Shown: positions 34,942-45,668 of the stretch, piece by piece
Layout: each line of letters opens with the position of its first letter
Numbering within the stretch: the first letter of the stretch is position 1
DNA from: Flectonema sp. DT1601
Taxonomy: Eukaryota
NCBI GenBank assembly: GCA_964019425.1
Contig: OZ025791.1
Span: 496,001-560,000 of the forward strand
DNA: 64,000 bases
Direction: 5' to 3'
Program-made: the position numbers and the translations under genes
The notes under the pieces: model-generated
The model's database searches: none
Seen by the model: the letters and a program-made list of their open reading frames with translations, nothing else
What the model was told of the DNA's origin: nothing

Positions 34942-35919
34942 CTATTTAACAAAACCATAACCATGAGGGGTGGTCACCCGAAACCACAATGGAGCAGCCC
35001 ATTTAACTCCATCCTCTACATCACATCCGCCATGCAGAGCGTACGGATCAAGAGAATAGTCTTTTCGCATGTTGTAAAACGCAACAGCTGCTCCCTTTTT
35101 CGGAATTACACGAAGGCCATGAGAACAATCTCTTGTATTACTTGGTGGAGGTAGACCACCAGCACGAGGGAAGACAGTATAACCACCAGCAGTTGGAGAT
35201 GATAAATATAAAAAGAAAGTCAAAGCTCTATTAGTATGTTGATCACCATAAACAGCAGGATCAAAGTAATCATTATGAGAAGAGTAGTGTTGACCAACTT
35301 CATATCGAAGGACTTGTAACTTTTCTGTCCAACCAGTTCGAGTAATGTTTACAATTCTATTTTTTATTCTTCCCAGAGGACCAGTTAGTGGTAAGTCTAA
35401 CCAAGCTCCTTGTGAGGTTCGTATCATAGAGTGAGAGTTTCCCGTCTTACTTCTGACGGCAACACGAGATCGGTATATTTGCTTTTTTGCAATTGACACA
35501 ATCAGATCACACTCTTCGTCTAGTAACAGTCTCGGAAACAGTAATATCCGAGGCTTAAGAGATAAAGTTACAAAGAGCTGATCATTATCAGCTGGGTATC
35601 TCACCGCAGGCATTAATGACTTTGGCTCAAAGCTGTATTCTGTTGCAGCTATCTCCCCTTTTTTAGGGATTGGAGCTTCTGACTGCACATATCCTTCCCA
35701 GTCACTTTTTGATATATTTTTCAAAGGGAGACCATAATAAGTATTTTCATCACTTATTTGGTACTTCATATCTCGATGAGGCCTTCCAATTAACAACAGT
35801 AGTACCCATACTATTCCTGCACACCCTAACCACTTTTGTACTAACTGCTCTCGGGTCTCAGAAGTCGACGTATTTTGCATTCTAAGACTCCTGTGAAAAG
35901 AATTACTTTCACCATCCAT
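34942..35919 (-). CDS. Prolyl 4-hydroxylase (2OG-Fe(II) dioxygenase), type II membrane-anchored
   Basis: TM segment, LSLKPRILLF, IRTSQGAWL, EKLQVLRYEVGQHYSSHNDYF, GGYTVFP, LHGGCDVEDGVKW (HxD...H triad). Start taken at MDGESN. Confidence 0.9.
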   Translation of the reverse strand: MDGESNSFHRSLRMQNTSTSETREQLVQKWLGCAGIVWVLLLLIGRPHRDMKYQISDENTYYGLPLKNISKSDWEGYVQSEAPIPKKGEIAATEYSFEPKSLMPAVRYPADNDQLFVTLSLKPRILLFPRLLLDEECDLIVSIAKKQIYRSRVAVRSKTGNSHSMIRTSQGAWLDLPLTGPLGRIKNRIVNITRTGWTEKLQVLRYEVGQHYSSHNDYFDPAVYGDQHTNRALTFFLYLSSPTAGGYTVFPRAGGLPPPSNTRDCSHGLRVIPKKGAAVAFYNMRKDYSLDPYALHGGCDVEDGVKWAAPLWFRVTTPHGYGFVK

Positions 35920-36156
35920 TTCAAAGTACAAACAGGCCGCTAATTTCAATACAGTTCAATTGGTTTGTACTACCTGCAGAAAGGAAAGTTTCATAATAGA
36001 TAAGAAGGAAGAATGAAAACATCGACTCGTAGTAGAAATAAATAATTTATATCAAACAATCTATAAAAAGAAACAAGTAAGGGGACCAGTAGTGGGTCAG
36101 ATACAAATATCACGCGTGTGTTGCAAAGGTTCTATAATGTCAAACACACGCACTGA

Positions 36157-38202
36157 TTAATTTCGAGGGCGCATTCCCGTAACTCGAGGTGGCTCTGCCA
36201 TTGCAGCAGCAGCCTTTGCTTGTAATGCCAGTTGACTAAGTTGAAGATCAAGGTAAGCAGTATTTGGTTCTTGTGATGGTTGTGAATCCCCACTCATTTC
36301 ATTAAAAGCTCTATTTAAAACAACCGATTCCAATACCTCTAGTCTATTAGTAAGTTGTGAGGATACCGGCTGAGGACTGAAATCTTTTCGAACACCAGCT
36401 AAAGGAGGAGGAGGACTATTTAAAGGAATTAATAACATCGAATTCATATCATACATTCCAACAGGTGGTGGCATGGCAGTAGAAAGTGGAGTTAGAGGTG
36501 CTGGTTGAGGAGCTTCCTTTAAAACTGATAACTCTTCTACCATTGAGCGAAGTTGTTGACTGAGAACATCAACTTGTTCTCTTAAGAACTCTCGTTCAGT
36601 GACAGTTGATAACCCAGCAGGTGAAACACTCGCAGCTAGTCTACCGTCTGGTAGCATTGGAACACCTGATCTTAGTTGAGAGGCGAGGGTAGCATCGTTG
36701 TTCGCAATCTCGCGCTGTTTTGTAAAAAGCATCGATCTTAGCGAAGCAATTTCAGTCTCCTTCGCATTCACAAGCGTGTCATTAAGAGGATCAACTTGTG
36801 GTGATTGTCTAGCAGGTTCGCGATGTGGTTTATTATTCGCATTCTTATTCTTTTCTTTATTCTTCGGAAGTAGGATGTCTAAATGACGAAGTTTTTCTTC
36901 AGCAGCAGCTGTCGTATCCTCGTCCTCTAAGTAGTCGCTGAGGAAGTCACCGCTGGCTAATTTTATTGGTTTCAGTTGATTCTGTCTTATTTCAGCTTTA
37001 TCATATTCATAGCTGAGTGGGATTAAATCTGTACTCGATGGATTAAAACCTGGTTGTGGTCGTAACCAGAGTTTTTGACTAAATTCATTTCTTGTCATAG
37101 CATTTACTCTCCTTACAGGTAAGATTCTTCTACAAGCTTGATAGTAAACAGCTCTTAAAACTGTTTCCCAATATTGAATTGAAGAAGGAGGCAATGATAA
37201 TAACTCATCATGTTGAGAAGGAACCTTTATTCCAACATACGAACGATCTGACTGACTAATAACTAGTTCAGTTACCTCAGTTAGTGGAACACAACGTTCA
37301 AGTTTAGCAGTAGTAGCTGAATCTTTAGAACTTATCCATCGGTACACGGCATCTTTACCAATAGCAACTATTCCTTCTTTACAAGTTGCTAAGAAATATA
37401 CTGTCGCACCACCACGCCGTGCGAATATACTTTTGACAGGTGCGAATTGATCTGACAGAGATGCTGTGGAGAGTGTTGACAGCTGAGCTAATTTTGGATT
37501 ACCACAAATGGGAGTTATGCAGGCAAAGTTAGTACGATGATCATTCCGTGAAGAGCTGCGCTCACTGTGATTTCTGCTGATTGAAGTCTGAGGAGAATCT
37601 TTCAGAGGTGGAGAACTATGACTATCACTACTCGACTCATCATCACTATCATCATTTGGTTGATCGAGAGGGATTGGTGGAAATCCTTGAGTAGCAAGGT
37701 TACGATTGATGTGTTTCATAATTACTTGAGGGTTTACTTTTGATAACAGTAGCTGATCATCATCACCATCAATATCAAAACACATAATAAGATGAGGGAT
37801 TTCTAACAAAGTAACAGACTGAATATCAGAAACCGCAACACGTAAGATCTCCCCATCGAATGATGTGGTTACAACTCCTTGAGATATTCGAACAACACAA
37901 GGGAACTCACCTTTTGGTGTAACAATTGATGCTTCTGAAACATGCATCTCTTCTTCTTTATCAGATTTCGGAATGATATCCAAAGAGATTGAATCGTCTG
38001 TGTTTCGTAATGCTCTTTGAAGAGTTGCAACGGAATTCACAGCATGGCCGTTTATAAATTTTATGTGACCATGTAGGGGTACTCCTGCTACAGCTGCAGG
38101 GCTTCCTGCCCGTACGCTCTTGACTATTATTCTGTCACCTTTTCTTAAATATTCTAATCCAGGTCGTTCTCCGTCGCTGACATTTATTACGAAGCGTTCC
38201 AT
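36157..38202 (-). CDS. Protein with N-terminal PDZ-like domain and C-terminal coiled coil
   Basis: PGLEY...IIVKSVRAGSPAAVAGV...IKFINGHAV fits PDZ. Start taken at MERFVIN. Confidence 0.7.
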   Translation of the reverse strand: MERFVINVSDGERPGLEYLRKGDRIIVKSVRAGSPAAVAGVPLHGHIKFINGHAVNSVATLQRALRNTDDSISLDIIPKSDKEEEMHVSEASIVTPKGEFPCVVRISQGVVTTSFDGEILRVAVSDIQSVTLLEIPHLIMCFDIDGDDDQLLLSKVNPQVIMKHINRNLATQGFPPIPLDQPNDDSDDESSSDSHSSPPLKDSPQTSISRNHSERSSSRNDHRTNFACITPICGNPKLAQLSTLSTASLSDQFAPVKSIFARRGGATVYFLATCKEGIVAIGKDAVYRWISSKDSATTAKLERCVPLTEVTELVISQSDRSYVGIKVPSQHDELLSLPPSSIQYWETVLRAVYYQACRRILPVRRVNAMTRNEFSQKLWLRPQPGFNPSSTDLIPLSYEYDKAEIRQNQLKPIKLASGDFLSDYLEDEDTTAAAEEKLRHLDILLPKNKEKNKNANNKPHREPARQSPQVDPLNDTLVNAKETEIASLRSMLFTKQREIANNDATLASQLRSGVPMLPDGRLAASVSPAGLSTVTEREFLREQVDVLSQQLRSMVEELSVLKEAPQPAPLTPLSTAMPPPVGMYDMNSMLLIPLNSPPPPLAGVRKDFSPQPVSSQLTNRLEVLESVVLNRAFNEMSGDSQPSQEPNTAYLDLQLSQLALQAKAAAAMAEPPRVTGMRPRN

Positions 38203-38296
38203 CTCATTTATAGGTATACTCTGTTGCAATAAGATAATATAAACAATATTTAATAAAATAATCAAACAAACTGTCGGTCGGAAGCTTCAGTAAAAA

Positions 38297-39064
38297 TCAT
38301 GCGGAGGTGCATTTCGATATTTTCATATAGCCTCTTCGGGTACCTCCGGGGGAGGTTGTATTCATAGCTTTAATGATAACATCAAGCTTCACCCAAACAG
38401 ATGAATACCTCCAACTGTTAACTTCCAGTAGAAGACAACTATCATAGTTAGGAGAGAACGCAGCAACAGGAGCAAAGTGACCAGTCCCTCTCTGCTTAAC
38501 AGCAGGACGCGAATAGTTAACAACCACAACTGATTCAGATTCTGATAAAAGTGATTCTCTCAAATGCTGTACAAGATCTTCCTTACTTACAGGTTGCTTG
38601 TACATTTCAACTGTAAGACCGTAGTGTCTCATTAAGGCGTTTGCAGCAGATAAAGGAAGCCCGTCGTACTTTAATAAGTGATTTAGAGATATTTTCATTG
38701 TGTGGGGAAACCAGTCGGCGAATCCAAAACCGAAGTAGTCGAACCAGATAAGCGGGTATCCCGTAGTGTCCAACCCGTTAAAAATACCTTCCTGAGTAAC
38801 TTCCATACCAAGCCCTCGCAGTGTTACACAAGTTGTTGCTAATCCGCAAAATGCTGGGTGTTGTTGGGGTTCCAATGATTGTAATAACTTTTTATTTATT
38901 AACTTTCCCTTGACAGATTCAACCAATAGCTGTCCCTCTTTACTTTCTATCTCAGTGAGAACATCTGATGACGGCTGCCTATCACTTTTACTAATAAGTT
39001 TCTTATGCTTTGCAGAGTCTCTTAGAGAACGATATAACTGAACGATTTGAAACCTCTTACCCAT
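38297..39064 (-). CDS. Phytochelatin synthase family protein (catalytic domain only)
   Basis: QQHPAFCGLAT (Cys), VVNYSRPAVKQRGTGHFAPVAAF (His), LLLEVNSWRYSSVWV (Asp position is Glu), terminal RRGYM. Confidence 0.85.
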   Translation of the reverse strand: MGKRFQIVQLYRSLRDSAKHKKLISKSDRQPSSDVLTEIESKEGQLLVESVKGKLINKKLLQSLEPQQHPAFCGLATTCVTLRGLGMEVTQEGIFNGLDTTGYPLIWFDYFGFGFADWFPHTMKISLNHLLKYDGLPLSAANALMRHYGLTVEMYKQPVSKEDLVQHLRESLLSESESVVVVNYSRPAVKQRGTGHFAPVAAFSPNYDSCLLLEVNSWRYSSVWVKLDVIIKAMNTTSPGGTRRGYMKISKCTSA

Positions 39065-40397
39065 TATTATTTAAAAGGGATATTTTTTTATACACAATGT
39101 GGGGAAGTCATTTCTTTAACTTAAAAAAGCTGTAAAAAATAATTAAAATGATTTCCTTTTTTTTTTTTGAATTTGATGACGAAAAACTACTTGTTGTATG
39201 ACTCTGCTATGGACAAAACGAAATATAACAAAAACCATAACGCAGAATCGCTTTTCCGTCAAAGGGACACATGTTACGGAGGATAGGTTTTTACTCAATC
39301 TATTTTAATATTATAGAGAATATTGAACACAAGATAATGGTTTTTTTACTTTTACTTTACTTTACTTTTCTTTACTTCTTTTTTTTTTTTTTTTTTAAAC
39401 AACGCATGGTAGACTAGTTGAAAATTATTGTCAACCTGCCTAATCGATATTGACAGTAGACAAACATAAATAAAGTTGAATTAATTTTATTTTGTTTCTC
39501 CCATTTTTTTTTTTTTTTTAAATAAAAAAACTTGCGTCTTTATGTGAATGAAGAAGGACCTGGGCTTATTCGCACGAAGTCCTCGTGACAAAAAACATCA
39601 GGAAAAAAAACTAAACAAAAAAAATTTAAATATATCGAAATTACCTAAATTGCACAGCAAAACCTTCTTCTTCTTCATGAAGGGTCTCACCACAAGAGAT
39701 GTTAGTACTTAAAAAGCAATCATTAATGTTTTATCTTTTATACGAAAAAAAAAAAAAGTAACCACCGTATTTACAGCAAGTAATAATCTTCATATTGTGT
39801 AAAACACGTAATTAATATTTCGGTACTACATATGAGTGCTAGGAAACACACAACAGTAACAGAAGACCCAATCCGTAGAAGTTTGCAAGACGCATTTACA
39901 GCGCAGTTAAAAAATCTCCTACTACTCTCTCTCTTATTTAATAATTTCAGTTGTATAATTTTTTAAGAAATAAAATAAAAAAAATAACGAATACATGATA
40001 TACACCAAACTCTCTATTTTGGAGAGAGAGAGAAAGAGAAAGGGAAGAAGGAATGAAAAAATAAAAAACCGAATCAAAAAAAAGATTTATTCAATCCCTC
40101 ATTACTACTGTCGAAACTAATAACAAAAATTAAAGAAAGGAGTGGGAAAGCGAGACCTATTATGTCTCAGTTTCAAACATAAACAGCAATGTCGATTAAT
40201 ATATTGTGAGTGTACTTTAGATTTTAAACCCGTTAATCTGATTTTTATGAACCACAGATCCGGGGAAAATGAAAATCGCGTTACTAACATTCGCTCGTTT
40301 TTTTCCCCAACGAGAAAGACGTAATGGATGGAGAAAAAAAAAAAAAAAAAAGAGAATACAATAAAATAAGTAAAAAGATCAAGTAAGATAGTTATCA

Positions 40398-43300
40398 TTA
40401 GAAAGCTCTCTTTCTTATATAACCTTTGTTTTGAAGTAGTGGAAATGGCTCAGATTCTTTTCGTTTCAGTTGTGGAGTACCAGAACCCTCAACACTAGAG
40501 CGGCGAGCAGCTTGTTGGTTTATCATCATTAATTGTGTGTGAACACGATGATTAGCTTCTGAAGGTCGTCTAGCTGGAGAATGAGGAGGAGCCGGTTCGA
40601 ATGAAGCTGGTGGTTCAAAACTCATCGCCGGTGATAAATCTTGTCCAGTAAAGCTACCCGAGACACTACTTAACCAATAAGCCCATTGCAATACCATTCC
40701 TATGATTGATGATCTACACTTCGTGACTCCAATCCTTGATTTTGATGCGTCTTCTGCTTGAATTACTGCCCTCACATAATTATCGAACATCTCTTCGTGG
40801 GATCCTTGTTTGCTTCGTTCCTTTGCGACTCTTGGATTTACACACAAGAGACAGTCGTATTCAAACTCTCGTATTGTTTCTGGTGTGGCTTCACCGGCAG
40901 ATAATTTTGAATAGAATTCTTTTATTTTAATATGAAGTCTCGCTATCTGATGATGTAAAAGAGTAAATCCCAACCACTCGTTGTGTTGATTATGAGACTG
41001 CACTTCTACAGCTGAGTCCCACATGTCAAAAGGAAGACTTTTTCGCTTTTGGATTGTCAGCCATCTGTTCATTGCCATGGCAGTTCTTGAAGCCTTTGCG
41101 AACTGAGTTGCATTTACGGATTTTTTTTCTTCAGAGTTTCGTCGATATCCCCTTGCTCCATGTAGCATCATGTCTTCTGCTTCCATTTTTTGTCTTTCAA
41201 CTTGTGAAATCATTTTAATTAGACCAGCGTGAACTGATGACTCGTATGCAACAACATCGTCTGGGCTGCTTTCTTCACTAACATTTGAGTCAGCTCCTAA
41301 CGATGATCGACGTTTTCGAATCATCTTTCCGAGTTCTCTAATTCCTTCAGCGATTGGAACATCATCAAATTCACAAGACTTTCTACGTTGTGATGATATT
41401 GATGTTCTCCTGACTGTTCCAGGTGACATTGATCCAACTCTTTCACAAACAGACTTAACTGTCGGAGCTTCTAATAAATGAGAAACACTACTGTCTTCTT
41501 CCATTTGACGTTTTAACTCTTCAACAGGACTCGGCATACTAACAGAAACTGATACTCTTCTCTGAGATTTAGCAACTGGAGAAACGTCACCAGATTCTGT
41601 TCTCACAACAGGACCACCTGGTGAGACAGCAGTTGATTGTGGAGTTGTTTTTTCCATCAGTCCTCCGACAATCAGTCGATTAATTGCTGCTGCGTGTGAA
41701 ATCGCATTGAGGTCGACATACTTTGAATTTGCAGAAGTCCAAGTAAAGTCATCAGGGATAACAATAATTGAATCTCTAACTGAGAACAGATCAGATTCTG
41801 AGTTTACTGATTGTAATGAAGTTACAGAAGTTCTTCGATCAGGAACTGGTGGAATCGGTGGATGAGGAGAACCAGAACTAACAGGAGCTGTTGGTTCTCT
41901 GGGAGGCAGCTCTATAGCAGGTGCCTGTTCTACCTTTGGACTCGGTGGTTGTGATGTAACCTCTTTAACAACAACAGGTTGAGATGTCCTTCGTCTTGGA
42001 TGACTATTCCGCCTACCAGCACCAGGCGGTAGCGGATGTTTATTCCGTTTCCTCTCTCTTGGCGCCACCGTCTGAGGTGTCTTAACTGGAAAGGATCGTT
42101 CTTTGAGTTCCGATGGAAGGACTTCAAATACCTGCGTCTTCCCACTGATACCTTTCAGTTCAAAGTGACCGAGATCACGTGACACAGCACCACTTTCATC
42201 AAGTTCTTTACGACACTTGTCATAAACAGAAGTACTGAATACAACTTGTCCACCTGTTGCAATGGAACTAATTCTAGCACTTTTATTAACCATCGGACCC
42301 CAATAATCCATTCTACCAGAAACAGGATCAGGTAGGCAGGTAGGGCAACCAGTGTGGGCACCAACACGCATTCGTAAGCCTCTCCAAATGTGTTTTTGTC
42401 TGTTTTGCTTCGTAGCTAAAACCTCATTGACTAAAGGATCGAGTGATAAAAGTACATCAGACCAGGGAGCGTTGACTAGTTGAAGTTGGGCATCTAAACA
42501 GAAGAATGCAGCGTCTCTCTCTGTGTGAAATGATACCATGAAAGCATCTCCCTCAGTTTTAACTTCATAACCACGATGTCTGTCAATAGTTTCTCTCATT
42601 ATTTGATTATGAAGTTGGATGCTACTTAACATGACCTGTGCGTTCTTCTCCCACAAGGCTGTACTTGATTGGATGTCAGTGAATACTAATGTGACCGTAC
42701 CAACTGGTGCTCCAACATTTAACTTTATTTCCTGTCGAATCATACTTGGTACTGCTGTTCCGTACAGTGTTGCCATTTTTCTTATGATATCTCCCGCAGC
42801 TTCATTACGTACCCGATCACGATATATCGATGAGGTCCATTTTGAATTTAGTGCTCGTACAGCTCTTGGATTTTCATCATTTGTTCCGTATCCGATGTCA
42901 AGTTGGCTGAATGTTCTTCCGGCTAAGTTGGATGGGATTACTCTAACTACGGATGCAGGTTCCTTTATGTCAGGTAGGGATGTGGAAGGTAATTCTTTAA
43001 TGACTGGTTGAAGTCGATTACTAGGAAAGATCTTCGACATGTTTCGTTCAATCACCTTCCACACTTCAACAGTTGCTAAGATTTCACCTCCTTCTGTGAT
43101 CGATCCCAGAGAGAGCGCTTTCGTTACCATAGGACCCCAGTAATCTAGTTTTCCACTAACAGGATGTGGTAGCGGTATTGGAGAACCACTGTGAAGGGAT
43201 ATACATGATCGTAGTCCTCTCCAAATCCTAGATCCCGTCGATTTATTAAATGCTTCACGACATCCCTGCATATTAATTAATTGCGATGGCCATGCTGCAT

Positions 43301-45668
43301 CCAAGAGAGACTCTTGAAGAGATATAGAGAATAGTAATGCTTCTTTTTCATGATAAAAAGCAACTAAATAACAGTCGTTAATGTTATGTGCGATGTAGCC
43401 GTCGTTTTGTTTTGCTAGTTTTGTGAGGCATTCACTGAATACAATAGAAGCAGCTGTCATAGTTTTGTGATCTTGCTCCCATAGTTTTTGGCAATCAGCT
43501 ATTTCTACCAACGCTAGAGTGGCTTTAACCGTCGGCGGCATTTCAATTTTTGTCGTCGTCTGTATACTTATTAATGCTCTCTCTGTGTCAACTCCTTCCT
43601 GTATAATCTTATTGTCTATCCTGGTTAAATTACTCATCAGTTTTAATATCTCAGTTGAGGTTTCCATTTTTTTTGGATCACAAAAACAACTCTCAGACCA
43701 CATAGACCTACACCTTGTTTCAGATAATTGCATTTTTCTCCTAGCTAGTTTAGCAGGGTAGAGTTCGAGGATACCGATGGGTCCTTGACTTATACCTTCT
43801 AATTTCACTGGTGGAAGTGGTGATGAAGAAAAAGGAATACCAATACTGAGTGTTTTATCGAACGTGTTTTCTGTTATGATTGTTTGTCCTCCCTCAGCGT
43901 GTGATATTAGCCTGCTGACAATGGCAGTTGTAGGTCCCCAATACTCCATAACTCCTGTTATGGGATCAGGAATGCTAAGAGTATATCCAGAATGAATAGC
44001 GCATCTTATGCGTAATCCATTCCACAAATCTCGTTTAGGTTTACATAAAGAATGTTCCAGTAGTTGAGGTGGCCATTTAGTAGCTTGGGTTGTAGTTTGT
44101 AAATCTAAAGCAAACAACACAGCATTACATTCCGTGTGAAAGCATAGCATAAAACCATCTTGTTCACTCTTTACTTCAAATCCTTCGAAAAGTTGAAGAG
44201 TTTCTCTAACGATATTTTGATACCTATGAATAGCTGATGCCATTACTTTATTAGTTGCTTCCCATAAAGTACTCGCATCAGGTACATCAAGAAGTACAAG
44301 TGTTACATGTCCTAAAGGTGGTAGTTTTGATTTATTTGAGAGAGATCTCTCAGGTATACCATCGCCTTTATTACTGTTACTCTTTACTGTGCGAGGACTC
44401 TTTGGAAATGTTGCTGGAAATGATCTTTTTGAGAGTCGTATTGGAAGGCATTGAACCCAACCGGCATCAGCTTGTTGAGCATTTATACTTGCGAGTGATA
44501 CTTCCTGTTTATTAGTCGCGATAGTTATTTCTTTAGTGATAATTGTTTCTCCAGGACGAGCGACTTCACAAACTTCTACTGCGGTTTCAATAGTTTCGCC
44601 GAAGCAGATATGACGTTCTAATGACTCATCATATCGACTGTTTATGATCCCAGTGTGGACTCCTATTCGTGGTGGGATACCTCTCCAAAGTAACTCACCG
44701 TCGACGTTTCTTTTAACTGCGAAGTCTTGTTCTGCTAGAATTCTTTTACACCAACTAATAGACATAATATCGATTTGAACAGCATTGGCAAATCCAACTG
44801 CCTGTTCAGGTGTTGGAAATACAAACGTCACGTCAAGTGCTTCAGAATCGTGACATGTTTCATACCCATCTTGACAGGTTGCTAAATTTCGGATCAATTC
44901 AAAAGCCCGACCGATACTAGCAAGACACTCACTTGGTACTATTTGAATAACACTTCGAACTATAAAAGAGTCGAGTGATATGCTAACTACTCCAAGTGTT
45001 GATCCTTTTGGTACATTACTGACCTCTGCAGGTGCGAGAGCGATGTTCTTAGCCGCATGAAAAGCCTTCAGGCACTCATCAATACTATGGTCAGCTGCCA
45101 TAGAGAGAGTAGCATCTGTGTCGATTGTGAGTTTTAACTTTGATTGAGACTTTACAGACTTCTCCTCAACTATCTTTTCAATAATGTCTGTTTGTGATGC
45201 TGTAGAAACCATTTCCGGTTTTGAAAATACTTTAGCACTGAGAGGTGTAACTGGTGGGCGGTCAAGTTGTTTTGTCATTTCATCAATTTGTTTTCGAAGG
45301 TCTTCAGTTTCTCGTCGGAGTTTTAGATTTTCCATCTCCACTAACTTCAACTGGTATGACAGACCTGGTCCTGATATCCCCGTTGTTACGAATGGATCAT
45401 CTTCTTCATCTTCAACTTCGTCAGTGAAGTCTCCTAGTATGTTATCAACGTTGGCGCATATTGTTGATAATTGACCTCTCAAGTTTTCACCGTTTCTCTC
45501 AGATAAGATCTCCTGTCCCATAATACTGGTCCTCTCTGATTGAACTAAATGTACAATACTTCCTCGTGGAGATGCTCCTGATGATCGTTGTTTTAGTAGT
45601 ACCTGATATTGGTCTTGGTGTATTGACATATGTCTTGCATGTTCGGATCCCATACGAAGCCGTGACAT
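40398..45668 (-). CDS. Soluble class III adenylate/guanylate cyclase with four tandem cyclase-homology domains
   Basis: Four repeats of a W[RN]G[LI]xxRx[GA]hH[ST]G-like motif followed by [FW]G[EP]. The fourth is canonical: VTLVFTDIQSSTALWE, YEVKTEGDAFMVSF, GLRMRVGAHTG, DYWGPMVNKSARI. No TM segment seen. Confidence 0.9.
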   Translation of the reverse strand: MSRLRMGSEHARHMSIHQDQYQVLLKQRSSGASPRGSIVHLVQSERTSIMGQEILSERNGENLRGQLSTICANVDNILGDFTDEVEDEEDDPFVTTGISGPGLSYQLKLVEMENLKLRRETEDLRKQIDEMTKQLDRPPVTPLSAKVFSKPEMVSTASQTDIIEKIVEEKSVKSQSKLKLTIDTDATLSMAADHSIDECLKAFHAAKNIALAPAEVSNVPKGSTLGVVSISLDSFIVRSVIQIVPSECLASIGRAFELIRNLATCQDGYETCHDSEALDVTFVFPTPEQAVGFANAVQIDIMSISWCKRILAEQDFAVKRNVDGELLWRGIPPRIGVHTGIINSRYDESLERHICFGETIETAVEVCEVARPGETIITKEITIATNKQEVSLASINAQQADAGWVQCLPIRLSKRSFPATFPKSPRTVKSNSNKGDGIPERSLSNKSKLPPLGHVTLVLLDVPDASTLWEATNKVMASAIHRYQNIVRETLQLFEGFEVKSEQDGFMLCFHTECNAVLFALDLQTTTQATKWPPQLLEHSLCKPKRDLWNGLRIRCAIHSGYTLSIPDPITGVMEYWGPTTAIVSRLISHAEGGQTIITENTFDKTLSIGIPFSSSPLPPVKLEGISQGPIGILELYPAKLARRKMQLSETRCRSMWSESCFCDPKKMETSTEILKLMSNLTRIDNKIIQEGVDTERALISIQTTTKIEMPPTVKATLALVEIADCQKLWEQDHKTMTAASIVFSECLTKLAKQNDGYIAHNINDCYLVAFYHEKEALLFSISLQESLLDAAWPSQLINMQGCREAFNKSTGSRIWRGLRSCISLHSGSPIPLPHPVSGKLDYWGPMVTKALSLGSITEGGEILATVEVWKVIERNMSKIFPSNRLQPVIKELPSTSLPDIKEPASVVRVIPSNLAGRTFSQLDIGYGTNDENPRAVRALNSKWTSSIYRDRVRNEAAGDIIRKMATLYGTAVPSMIRQEIKLNVGAPVGTVTLVFTDIQSSTALWEKNAQVMLSSIQLHNQIMRETIDRHRGYEVKTEGDAFMVSFHTERDAAFFCLDAQLQLVNAPWSDVLLSLDPLVNEVLATKQNRQKHIWRGLRMRVGAHTGCPTCLPDPVSGRMDYWGPMVNKSARISSIATGGQVVFSTSVYDKCRKELDESGAVSRDLGHFELKGISGKTQVFEVLPSELKERSFPVKTPQTVAPRERKRNKHPLPPGAGRRNSHPRRRTSQPVVVKEVTSQPPSPKVEQAPAIELPPREPTAPVSSGSPHPPIPPVPDRRTSVTSLQSVNSESDLFSVRDSIIVIPDDFTWTSANSKYVDLNAISHAAAINRLIVGGLMEKTTPQSTAVSPGGPVVRTESGDVSPVAKSQRRVSVSVSMPSPVEELKRQMEEDSSVSHLLEAPTVKSVCERVGSMSPGTVRRTSISSQRRKSCEFDDVPIAEGIRELGKMIRKRRSSLGADSNVSEESSPDDVVAYESSVHAGLIKMISQVERQKMEAEDMMLHGARGYRRNSEEKKSVNATQFAKASRTAMAMNRWLTIQKRKSLPFDMWDSAVEVQSHNQHNEWLGFTLLHHQIARLHIKIKEFYSKLSAGEATPETIREFEYDCLLCVNPRVAKERSKQGSHEEMFDNYVRAVIQAEDASKSRIGVTKCRSSIIGMVLQWAYWLSSVSGSFTGQDLSPAMSFEPPASFEPAPPHSPARRPSEANHRVHTQLMMINQQAARRSSVEGSGTPQLKRKESEPFPLLQNKGYIRKRAF

